Below are positions 50,442-62,240 of a stretch of DNA of 64,000 nucleotides, one piece after another (the stretch's first letter is position 1; each line of letters begins with the position of its first letter). Location of the stretch: assembly GCA_043228905.1 (NCBI GenBank), contig JBHGNT010000005.1, positions 17,608,001 through 17,672,000 of the forward strand, written 5' to 3'. The notes under the pieces were generated by a model, which saw only the letters and a list, made by a program, of their open reading frames with translations, did not search any database and was not told the DNA's origin. The stretch is from Azolla caroliniana (Eukaryota; Plantae; Polypodiophyta). Made by a program: the position numbers and the translations under genes.

Positions 50442-53400
50442 AAAACTGTGTTAATCCTTAGGGCCGGACAATGGCCTAACACAGGGTGTCGCCGGAAGAC
50501 ACTTCACCAAAGGGGTGTTATGGTGAGATAACTTAAGACACAACGATTATTTCGACTTAATTAGCTACTTAGCAATAAGGCATACACTTAATACACGCGT
50601 AAGATAAAACAATTAATTCAGAACGGTAATCAATACGTGAAGATAGAACAAGAAGCTTATATTAATTCTCCGTTAGAGTTATTCATTGTAACCGGGCCTT
50701 TATATAGGTCACTGGTGCTGCGTACAAAACGGTGCCAACCGGCACCTATTCGGAATCGGTCCGGATCCGGATCGGCATACCGATTCCAGTCCGTCCGTTC
50801 ACTACATAATTATAATCTAATCTATTTATTTAAATATATTCCGAATAACCATCCCTTTTCACATTCTGGTCTCTGCTCCTTTGCCGACCGGGTAACATCT
50901 TGTATGTTCCTAATGGTTCTTGTCGCCGTCGAGTAGTCCTAAATTGTCATGACACATATACAACTAGGCATTTTGGTAGTACTAAAATGTTAGATTTAGT
51001 ACAACGATCATGCTGGTGGCCCCATTTGCAACGATTTTTGAAGATCATGTTCGGACATGTGATACATGTTGTAGAGAAAATATGCCAACACATCATCCAT
51101 ATGGTTTATTAGAACCATTACCAATTCCAAGCAGCCTGTGGCAATCCATTGCTGTAGATTTCATCACAGATCTTCCAATTTCTACAGGATTCGATGCGAT
51201 CTTACCAGTAGTAGATCGATATACGAAGATGGCCCATTTCCTACCATGTACTAAGGAAATCACTAGTGAAAAAAACGCCGAAACTATCATGCGTGAGGTA
51301 TGTCGGCATCATGGCCTCCCCGATAGTATCATCAACGACCATGGACCTCAGTTTTGTCTCAAAATTTTGGAAGCACCTCTTCAAAATGGTCAAGGTCACT
51401 TGTAACCTCTCCTCCGGCTACCACCTGCAAACAGACGGACAAGCAGAACGAACAAATCAAACACTGGAACAGTATCTTCAGTGTTTTCTAAGCTATCACT
51501 AAGATGATTGGGCGGATATTCTCCACTTCGCCAACTTTGTGTATAATAACTCTGTTCACTCATCGACTAAAGTTACACCGTTTTATGCTTATACGGGCTA
51601 TCATCCCCCGTGGTGTGTATTCGAAACTCCGGAGTTACCCACAAATCCTTATCCAGAGGATTGTTTGGAGTGGTTATGCAAGATACAGGCGGATTTATCT
51701 ACTCATTTACGCAAGGATTATGCGGATCTTCATTGGCTTCCATCTAGTTTTAACATTTGAGATCGAGTATGGCTATTATGGCGACACATCAAGACTACTC
51801 GCCCATGCGATAAATTGGATTATCGGCGATTGGGTCCTTTCCGTATTATTGGAAAATTTAATGATGTCGCTTTTTGTCTCGATCAACCACTGCAACTACG
51901 GATACATCTGGTATTTCTTAGTTCTCTTCTAGAACCCTATCAAGATAGTACTATCCTAGGTCATATCAAACCACCTCCACCTCTGATCGAACTTGAAGAT
52001 GGACCTGAGTATGAGGTTGCCGCCATCCTCGATTCCAAGATTGTTCGCAACAAGCTCTACTATTTGGTCGATTGGCTTGGATATAGCCCTAGCGAGCATA
52101 CTTGGGAACCGATAAAGAATGTGACCAATGCTCATGCTCTTGTTGAAGACTTCCATCGTCAATATCCCGACAAACCGGGTCCTCAATCCAAAACGACTCG
52201 TAACACTCTTCGTTTGGAAGGGGGGATAGTGTCATGCTATGGCAAGATTCGAACCCATGACTTTATGTTACATGGGTCGAGGGGGATAGTGCCATGCTAT
52301 GGCAAGATTCAAACCCATGACCTTATGTTACATGCCATTAGACTATATATTGTACTATGAAGGATATTATTTTCATTTATTATTTCACTATAGAAAATTG
52401 ATGTATTTCCATATTTCTCTTGAACATTCTAGAAACTTTAGGAGTACTCCTGAAAACACTATAAAAGGAGGCACAAGGTATTATTTCGAACCAAATTAGT
52501 TCAACGCCAATCTTAAGCCTCATAGCTATTCTTGTACTTACTCTTCATATAATATAATATATCTTTTGGTATCATCATTCTCTCTCTCTCTCCTTCTCTC
52601 GTGAGTTCTACACCCTCTTCTCTCTCTTAGTACTAATTCACATCTTTTAGTACTAATTCCCTCTCTGTCTTAGTACTGTTCCTGACAGGTAGAGGCTCTA
52701 GATCTATGCTTTGGGAAGGGTTTTTGGGGCATTTTCCCAAGGATACAACTTTCACACAAAGAGATGGGCTTGAAAGGTTCTTTTGGCAAACCATGGACTA
52801 GATTATTACATTGTAATGTTTTTAGAGCATTGAAATGTATATGGCCTAGACGAAAATGCCAAAGAGAAGAGGGAGAATGTAGATTAGTTAGAGATGTAGA
52901 GGATTGAATTGGGGTAGAATGATGTGCTTATAAAATAAGATATGTAGGAATACATTTTATGGGATATAATCATCCTTCTCATTTGCAACAAGTTCTAATA
53001 AGTTCTCCATTTGTGGATTTATGTTTAATAATAGCATGGTTCGGATGAAACTCAATGATAGTACCATTTGTCGTTGCTCGACTAATCGATAGCAAATGTT
53101 TGGTGATGCTTGGGACATAGAGAACTTCATTAATTGTGAAATGTCTTCCTCTTGTGACTTCAAAAGTAATATCACCCTTGCCAATAGCTTGTTTGGTCCC
53201 ATTATTTCCAAATCTTACAATGAGAGGGGGTTCAACTTCCTTATAATTACATAACCAATCTTTCCTATTAGTTAAGTGGTTAGTGGCACCAATGTCAAGA
53301 TACCATATGTCATTTACATTACTTGTATTTGGGATCGTGGCAGAAAGTGATTCGGCAATGAATGCTTGAAGAACATCGACATACCTGTCACCATTTTGAT

Positions 53401-54462
53401 ATCCATCTCCTATGGTTTTATCATCATCCATCTCTTCTCCAACAAGATGGGCTTGCACATGCCTTCAAGGTTGCTAATTCTTGAAATTTGAGTTTGTGAG
53501 ACAATCTTTTGTTGCATGATTAGAACGTTTGCATATTTTACAATAGGTGTTGTTGAACCAAATTCCTCCTTGTTTAGTGTTTTGATCTTTCTTTATCCAT
53601 GGCTTTGAGCTTTCTCCTCTTTGAGTGAATCGTCGGTTTTTGTATGCTACCATTGCCACACTTGGAGCTAAATTTGAAGACCTCTGTAAGCGCATTGTTT
53701 CTTCCTGTCTAATATTTACAAGAAGATCAATTAGAGTTGGACAATTTATAGAGTTTTGGGTGGTTCTGAAAGTGGACCACGAGTGAGGAAGAGCACCAAG
53801 AAGGAGAATCTTTTGCAATTTATCATGGATTTCTAATCCCGAAGTTAACACAACATCTAATTTCCTTTGCCAGATTAATAGAAATTCACCAACCGGTTGT
53901 TCGTCATTCATTTTGTAATTAACAAGCGCTTGAAGTGTATGCGCTTGTTGGGCATCGTTTTTCGGCTCGTAAATAGTTTGTAAGTGCTTCTACATCTCTT
54001 GAGTTGTCTCCATTTTTCGTAATGTTTACCTAGTGCCATCACTTACGTGCATTAGAATTTCCATTCTTGCGCATAAGTCTTTTTCCTCATATTCTTCAAG
54101 TTATTCGCCTTTTTCCAGTTTTGTTGACGATCCTAGAATTATATCCCATAATTTATTATATTTAAAAAGTAATTCTAATCTTGCCTTCCATATTCGATAA
54201 TTTGTGTTCGATAATTTCTCGATTGTGAATTTTCGCATGTTGAGTTGCGATGACGACATAGATTGTGCCATTATTGCAAAGGGTTGTCCGGATCAGCGGA
54301 CAATAAACCATAAAATTGTCTTTCGTTATTTGACGAATTTGGACACTATGAATATGACTCCTTTTGTATGGGTATAAGAGTTAAATTATGACAAGGGCAT
54401 GTGTTTTGGAAAGGCATAGACTATAGGTTATAGATTGTTTGGCTCTGACATCATGTAGGAAA

Positions 54463-54505
<43 letters not shown>

Positions 54506-54507
54506 GA

Positions 54508-54577
54508 TGGATGTAGCTCAGTTGGTAAGGTTGCCCAATGGAGACCAGGTGGTCATGGGTTCAACCCCTATATTCCA
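54508..54577 (+). other. tRNA-derived cassette in the Copia LTR
   Basis: GGATGTAGCTCAGTTGGTAAG (A box) ... GGTCATGGGTTCAACCCC (B box) ... TTCCA. Confidence 0.65.
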
Positions 54578-54654
54578 CAGTAGCATCTAGTAAAATAGAG
54601 ATATATATGAAGTATATAATAAAGAGGTGAAGAAATTGGGTTTCAAACCCAAGA

Positions 54655-55030
54655 CACAGTGCTTGTAATGTTATCGACTTACCATTAGGGTAAGTTAATT
54701 ATGATAAAAAAAGAGAGAGAGAATTGAGGGAAACAGAAAACGTATTGTATTAATAGAATGCCCTTAGTTACCGTAAAGTGTTATTGACTTACCACTTACC
54801 ACTAGGGTAAGTTAATTACGATAAAAAAAGAGAGAGAGAATTGAAGGAAACAGAAAACGTATTGTATTAATAGAATGCCCTTAGTTACACTTACGGTTTA
54901 CGGTTTAGTGCTTGTAGTGTTATCAACTTACCACTAGGGTAAGCTAATTACGATAAAAAAAGAGAGAGAGAATTGAGGGAAACAGAAAACGTATTGTATT
55001 AATAGAATGCCCATCGATACACTTACGGTT
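54655..55030. repeat. Three ~125-bp tandem units inside the Copia LTR
   Basis: GACTTACCA.TAGGGTAAG...GAAACAGAAAACGTATTGTATTAATAGAATGCCC occurs three times. Confidence 0.9.
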
Positions 55031-55640
55031 TCCTTGTCATGAAGGTTTCAGGAAACCGTATTCCTAAGAACTATTAATATTTATTTATTTATTTTCGTTT
55101 ATTATTTTCCACATAGAGTTCCCTAGGAATTCCAAGTCCAGCTCATCGTGGTCCTTCCCGATTAAGCGGCAAAGCAGTTTGGGAGGACATTACGGGAGGA
55201 TGTTGGGGATTACGACAGACAGCATTACGATGAATGGATTTGAATTTGAGTATTAGGGATACAATCGAATGAGGCAAGCAATACAAGAACTTCAAATTTG
55301 GATGGAGGCAATGGCCAAATGATTATGGAGGTAGATGAACAAAATGAGACAAGAACAACAAGCAAATAACTATTATTACATCCCAAACTCAGAGTCTTGA
55401 TGATCAAAAAACTGAATTTGGGTGGACATACATTTGGATTTACATCCTTAAGATTAAGGCATGCACATTCCAAAAGCTCAGCAACCTTTGGAAATTCACA
55501 TCCCTTAATCTTTTGGTGATTTTGGAAAGCATTTTCAGAAACCATGAAAAGATAGGATCCTTTGCATTATTACAATCCACACACATGCTATGTATACGTT
55601 TGATCCCGATATCTCACGTATGACTACAAACACAGCGTGA

Positions 55641-56354
55641 TCAAGAACTGGAGATGATTTTCTTGAGATATTGAATCTCGGTAGCATTGACCCCGAAGGA
55701 ACGCGCGAGGAGGGCATCATCGATGGCAGGGTGAGAGGCAAAGACGGCTCCCGGGATGCGAGAAGTTCCCGGGTTTTGGCTATTAAAGGACACAATCCCG
55801 ACCGCATGGGTTTCGCCAACATTCATCTGAAAATGAATTAAGCCTTGGGGGATGATGAACAGATCTCCGGCAGAGAGAGTGGCCGCGAATAGCTTCTCGT
55901 CGGAGCTAACGAACCCGGCAAAGAGGGTACCTTGGAGGACATAGATGAGTTCCGAGCCGCGCGGGTGGACATGTGGCGGGTTTACACCTCCGGGATTGAA
56001 ATCAGATCTGGAAGCCGAGAGGCCCATGGTGTTGAGGCCCGGGAAGTTTGCGGCATTTGCACGCACCGCCACGTACCCAAACTTGGATGCCGAAGCATTC
56101 CCGGGAGTGCGCAGAAGAATCGATGCGAAGTCCGATCCGGTTGCGTTCGCCGGATTCTTACATACGAAGCCATTCACTCTGGTGGTCGAGTTGGTGTCAG
56201 CGACACAGAAGTCTTGTAGGGGGGTGGCATCGGTGGCCGACACAACCACAATGATACCCATCACGATCGTGCACCACAACATTAAGGAAGTAAAAGAAGA
56301 AGAATAAGAGAAGGAGGAGGAAGAGGAAGAGGAAACTCTAATACTCATCTTCAT
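55641..56354 (-). CDS. GLP: Germin-like protein (cupin), intronless
   Basis: Signal peptide, DATPLQDFCVAD, NGFVCK, FPGLNTMGLS, germin boxes GVNPPHVHPRGSE and PQGLIHFQ.N; intact ORF. Confidence 0.95.
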   Translation of the reverse strand: MKMSIRVSSSSSSSFSYSSSFTSLMLWCTIVMGIIVVVSATDATPLQDFCVADTNSTTRVNGFVCKNPANATGSDFASILLRTPGNASASKFGYVAVRANAANFPGLNTMGLSASRSDFNPGGVNPPHVHPRGSELIYVLQGTLFAGFVSSDEKLFAATLSAGDLFIIPQGLIHFQMNVGETHAVGIVSFNSQNPGTSRIPGAVFASHPAIDDALLARSFGVNATEIQYLKKIISSS

Positions 56355-57379
56355 CAATGTTGTATTCTCTCACCTTTGCCTTTGCTTGGCTTTTCTTCTA
56401 ACACTCTCATATATGTATGTAGTTTGTTCCTCGGAGCCTCATATATGTAGTTCCCAAAGCCTAGGTGGAATCTCTCCTTCATGGCTTATAATATTGGGTT
56501 AAAAGATTTGGAGCCTCGGTGGAATCTCTCCTTCGTGGCTTATAATATTGGGCTAAAAGATTCTCGCTTGCAAATTGAGAACCGTAGAAACCTTTGCTAG
56601 GTCTTGTATGAGATGTCGAAATCGTGAAGTACAACTCTAGGAAGCCGAAAGTCAACTATGGGAGAGTAACCACATTTTTATAGGAGCCTTGTGTAGCACC
56701 ATTCATATACATATATATGTAGTTAGTTCCTTGGAGCCTCATATACATACATATGTAGTTCGTGGAGCGTAGGTGGTAACTTTGTTTTCTTTATAATAAT
56801 GGGTTAAAAGATTCCCTTTCCAAATTGAGAATATTAAAGTCAAACCTTTGTTGGCTCTAGTATGACATCTTGAAAACCTGAAGTAGAACCCTAGAAGAGT
56901 AACCACATTAATTTTTAGAAGCGTTGTGTAGTACATTTTTAGAAGCCTTGTAGAGTATGTTTCATAGACGCCAAAATGTAGCCCTTGTATGACAATACAC
57001 ATAAATACTAGCTAGACATTCGTTTAAATTTCAATGATTATATACCACTAATACTCCCACCACGAGTAAACGTGAAACTCAAATTTAGCAATATTTGTTC
57101 TGATTTAAGTGCACAAGCATAACCATTTTGAACTTGTTGTCTTGTTTTATTCCAAGAAGTTTGGTTCAAGAATCACTTTCTTCCATTCAAAACTGAAAAG
57201 GTACAACATACCAATTCAAATACCTAAAATTACATATAAAGTTTTGACAAGGAATGAGTGAATGGACTTGGACTTAGTGTAACATATAAAGGGTGTAGGT
57301 ATTTTGGATAGTTTGGGGTTTATGAGTAAGTCAACATTGTCACGAATTACGCACGTACATGTCCTACTTAAGGAGGACT

Positions 57380-58500
57380 ATGGGGGTCTTGAACTATTGT
57401 GCCACATCTCACCGGTAGTGTCGGATGCAACATTCACTTCTTCCCGACATAACCGGGCATTCATTAGGTACAAAGTGTTGACTTTCCGGGCCCGAGCCAC
57501 TATTAGGCTCCCTTTGCGGAACTTCATGACTCCGTTTTGGATGCTACCCGTCTAGCCTTCATCGTCTAGCCGACCGACTGATATTAGGTTCAGTCGAACC
57601 TCCAGAACGTGTTGGACATCCTTCAGCAGTAGCTTGCATCCGGTTGGTGGTGTCAACTACACGCCTCCTATGCCGACAATTCGGCATATACCTTCATTCC
57701 CCATCTGGACATAGCCTTGCTCACCGGTTGTGTAGGATGAGAAGCATTTCTGGTCCGGGGTCAAGTGGAACGATGCTCTAGAATCGACAACCCACGGTGG
57801 CTCGTCGCCGGCAAGGTTCAACTCACTCTCCTTGGTGATGAGCATCAACTCTTCTTCACTTGCCGCAATTGCCTTCGTTCCCTTCCGGTCTGGTGACCGC
57901 TTCGAATCGGTATTGTCGATTTCCTTGTCTTTCCAGAAATTCTGACAGTTATTCTGGAAGTGTCCCGGCTTGCCGCAATAGAAGCAAGTAGGCCTCCCCC
58001 TTGACTTTGACCGTGTCCCCGACTTTTCCCGGTTCTAGGGACTACGGTTCCTTTGTCTTCTGCATTCCGATTCGGTAAGGAGCGCTTTGGAGTCGGAGAT
58101 CACCTCCTTGTATTTCCGACACACCTCCTCATCTAGCAAGCTCGACCTGACTCTTGCTAGGGATAGTTGTTTTCCTTCTGGTCCGGCGTTGCCCAAAGTG
58201 ACAACTAACGTCTCCCAGCTATCCGAGAGGGAACCGAGCAGGAGTAGAGCAAGTACCTCATCGGCGAGAGGTACTTCCAACGACGTTGCTTGGTGTATCA
58301 ACCCCTGGAAGGCATTCATGTGCTCCGCCATACTGGAGCCATCTTGGTATCAGAGTCTTACTAGCTTCCGGGATACCAAAACCCGATTAACATCATTTTT
58401 GTTCTGAAACATAATGCCAATCTTCTCCTAGAGCTCATGAGCCTTGCTCTATTCATTAAAGTTGTTGTACAGGCTCATGTCGATGAAGCACCGAATGTAT
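57380..58500 (-). mobile_element. Ty1/Copia (Tnt1-like) gag-protease fragment
   Basis: LALLLLGSLSDSWETLVVTL, CFYCGKPGHFQNNC, WVVDSRASFHLTP, VRLNLIS. Confidence 0.85.
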
Positions 58501-61349
58501 GTCATTACATGAAATATGCATGTCCAAGTGGTTGTGTAATGTGCCCTCAAGTTCCTTGTTGGAGGATTCAGTACTAACATTACTGATTACGTTGTCTTAA
58601 TTGATTCGTTGTATAACTTGTATAAGTACTAACACTGTCCATTACATTGTACGTTTTGTGTCCGGGTGGTTCAGTACTGTTCTCTGAAGTTCCTTGATTG
58701 ATATTTTAGTATTAACTTATTGATTACATTGTATCCTTTGGTGCTGAGCTGATTCAATACTGATTATTTAGTACTGAACTTCTTAAATGTTTAGTTGTAT
58801 CACTTGTATGTATACTAACAAATAGGAGAACCGAACAAATAGGCTCTGGATGACCGAACAAATAGGTATGCAGGTCTTTTGTTTAGTACCGAACAAATAT
58901 CGACAGAATGTCCAGATGGTTCTGTATTGTGTCCTCAAGTTCCTCTTTGTTGTTTTAGTACTAATATTATTGTTACATGCATATTCCTTGGTGATAAGTT
59001 GGAACAAGAATGATTTTTAAGTACTAAAGGTCTTAAATGTCCACTTGATTCAGTACTGATAATATTTGTAACATTGTTGTCATGTTAGAACTAATGTACG
59101 ATTCTAATATGAATGTTGTAGTATCAAGCAACACCACACCAGGGAAGGTAACTGACCAACCAGCCCCCGCACTACTACGTATAGAGTCTGATGCAAATTC
59201 CAAAGTCCATGGTCATTCCTTAGTGGTAATTGAGGAAATTTATGATGAAGATGAATGTATGAGAAAGGCCATTGGAATAGTTGAAGACGTGTTGCTTTAA
59301 ACAAATTCTCCTAGCTCGGCTCCCCTTGACTGTGTGAACGGTAATGCTAATTGTGTTTCTATCAAATAATGCATTGTTGATATACTTCTAATTTCTTATG
59401 TTTCTATCAAAGAGCCTACGAAGAAGCATAATGCTGCAAGGAAATTATATGGAAAGGGGAAGAAATGCAGAGTTCATTGTAGTGGTGGGTCATACAAATT
59501 CTCACAAACTTTGAGAGTTGTAAAGTTAATGAGTTAGACTAAGACCACATGCTTTTGTTGTTAGACAAGGAAGAAACGATTAATGAAAATGGAGATACCG
59601 ATTCAGAGCCACAACATGAAGAAGAATTTATTGTCCTTGTAGGTACATGTTGTGAACCCTCTTATATAATAGTTATTTTGACCATATCACCCAAGTGACA
59701 ATAATGGTTTCGGTCTATTAATATATAGAAAGTGATGTAAAATCTTGGCATGATTTAGAGCCCCAACCTGAGACTGCTACCATCCCAAGCAATAATGACG
59801 AGTGTGATACCAATGCAAACCTGGTCTTGCAACACATGACTTGCAACACATGACAAACACAATCATTTGCAAAGACTCATCTTCAAAAGTCTCAGATGGA
59901 GATGTAACAGTGGGTAAACGATTGTCCCTTAATCTAGTATGTTAATTGATATGGCTAGGTTCCTTCACTTTGTAAGAATGTGAATTGATATTGTTCTTGT
60001 TATTTAGGAATAGAAGAACATGGAGATTCCCAATAGCATCAGATGATTCAGGCAGTTTATGGAGCAACAATCTTGATTTTTCAGACTCAGGTAGCACCAC
60101 ACAGGAGGAATGTGAAATCACCCAAGAAGAGGAGCTAAAGAACTTTCACAATACCATAAACTAGCTACCACCCAAGAAGAGGAACAAGGTGGTACTACGA
60201 ATCACATGTCGTACCAAAACACCGCAAGTAGCTTGCACTTGGAACAAGACTATACGAGGAGTTTTCAATGAAGATGGAAACCACCCAAGAAGAGGAACAT
60301 GTTTGTACTACGAATACCGTGTTACTGCAGAACACTGGTTCTACCCATGAAGAGCAGATTACTACTAATACTATCGACAAGATCTTCTTGGAAGTGTGTG
60401 CGTCTCAAGCAGTTGCAGTAGAGCACAAGGTTCCCTCAAGCTTGCCCCCCTCTCCTCCAATGATGAGCTGCCACTCAGTAGTCTACTACCTCGTGGCTTT
60501 AAGATGAAGAAGAAGAAGGTTGTGAAATCTGAGAAGAGTAACAAAAAATAGGCACATTACAAGATCTAGAAAAAACTAAAAACAAAGATTTTTGTATTTA
60601 GATCGTTTGTAATTGATTACCATATGAGCAAGTTTTTGATTAACTGCTTCTTGACATTGTTTTGGTTTACTTATCCTGAATTTGAACTTGATACTATTTG
60701 AGTACTCATCTTAGTGACTAATTTAGTACAAGTTGATATGCAATGTACTAATTTTGATACATATATTTGTAAGAATGTGAATTTGATACTATTTGAGGTC
60801 TCATCTTAGTAAGAATGTCACTTGTTATGCACACATATGACATTGACGCTTGTTATGGACAAATATGACACTCCTGTCTTGGATATGTCTAGGTTAGTAA
60901 ACACTTAGCACAATATTAGTACTATATTTTAATGCATTGTACTGACTTTGATACATATGAACTCTAAACCAGTTACAGGCATAACATGGTATGTAAACTT
61001 GAACGAACCATTGTATTAGTACTAGCAATTAACATGTTCAATCTATTCCCTCATCTAGTCAACCACACCCTCATGAGTGTACCACACACTAGAAACATGT
61101 GTGGAATGAACACTCCTATCTTAGATATCTCTAGGTTAGGAAACACTTAACATAGTTTTAGTACTAACCAAAGATATTTTTCACCATAAATTGTATGTAA
61201 AAGATACATACATATCTAAACAAAACACCGATATTAAGAGCTTTGTCATTGCAAACTCATAAGAAAACCAAAGATGATATATTTCCATTCATTTGTAGGC
61301 CAGAGTTTACAAGACATGTGAATGTTACATATGAACAATGCTTGTCATT

Positions 61350-62240
61350 CTAAGAATTAAAGAGGGAGACCTCCCCCAATATGTGTTCGTGAACCTCTTT
61401 GGGGACCTTGTAGACAATGTTGTATCCCTTAACCTTGTGCTTTGTTTGACTCATAGTGAACTTGATTGCGATGATAGCGTCAGCATAGATTATTGTAGTG
61501 GGTGCATCTTTTAATAATGCATACGTGTTCTTGCATTGTGGTAACTTTGCATAGTAGTTGCCATACATGACACACTCACCAACATTGAACATGTTGCCCT
61601 AACTGTCCCTCACGACTTCTTCCAATATTGTATTTCTTTGCTTGCACACCACAATGTAGTAGTCTTCAAAATCTTCATTTTGAGGAGTTTTGAGCACAGC
61701 AAAATGATCTCCAACTTCCAATAATACTGCCAAGTCCTCACATTGGTTCTAGTATACAATATTGTTTGCATTTTCGTCTTCCTGGATATCCACACATTGT
61801 TCAATCTCAAGCTTCTGTAGCTTCCATGGCTCCACAATTGATAGATTGGTGCATTCATCCCAAGCTTCATCTAAACACATGGAACAAAAGCACGATAAAC
61901 TCCGGAATAACAATTGTGTTGTGTCCCTACGACTAAACCCTAAAACACAATGGGTCTTGCGCCTCCCTTTCACAGTTTTACAACCATACGATTTACTCAT
62001 ATCCACCTCATTAGCACCAACCTCAATAAACAATCTATTCTTACCATCATTTGACATCTTCCATGTCAACCACTCCACAACATCATGTGCATTTTGTAAC
62101 TTCGCACCTTTATTATCCAACAGTTCACTTGTAAGAGCACGCTTGATCACAACCCCCGCACCATCATGCTCTCCTTTTCCATGTCCAGACCCGAAGTAGT
62201 TCCATTGCATCCTAATGCTTGTCAATGAGAAGTATATGGG
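61350..62240 (-). pseudogene. Second Sola2-type transposase, C-terminal half, interrupted by Gypsy D
   Basis: WNYFGSGHGKGEHDGAG.VIKRALT, SCFCSMC...C, and a C-terminal domain homologous to 6713-7081. Confidence 0.85.

Larger units (their letters stand above)
40962..50897 (-). mobile_element. Full-length non-chromovirus Ty3/Gypsy element C (9.9 kb) with accessory ORF and two opposed PBS-like sites
   Basis: 449-bp LTRs (40962-41410, 50449-50897; about 17 differences by eye); 5-bp TSD TCTTG (40957-40961, 50898-50902); gag-PR-RT-RH-IN on the minus strand. Confidence 0.95.
39983..52687 (+). mobile_element. Tcn1-like chromovirus 3' half (RT end, RNase H, integrase, chromodomain, PPT, 3' LTR 52230-52687), split by Gypsy C
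   Basis: FLGFANFYRKFI, EVDASDFALG, NYEIHDK, WQSIAVDFITDLP, QTDGQAERTNQ; chromodomain EYEVAAILDSK..YYLVDWLGY..TWEP; PPT GGAAGGGGGGATAG. Confidence 0.92.
52688..55113 (-). mobile_element. Ty1/Copia 5' fragment (LTR ~54454-55113, PBS-Met, gag, protease, GAG-pre-integrase), cut by the chromovirus
   Basis: TGATGTCAGAGCC PBS (54441-54453); LLLGALPHSW; CKICKRSNH..C knuckle; WYLDIGATNH; LWHFRLGH..CESCILGK; LTR termini TGTAGGAAAA/TTTTCCACA. Confidence 0.85.

Noticed and set aside
54508-54577. Functional tRNA gene
   Set aside because: D and anticodon arms do not pair canonically; treated as tRNA-derived.
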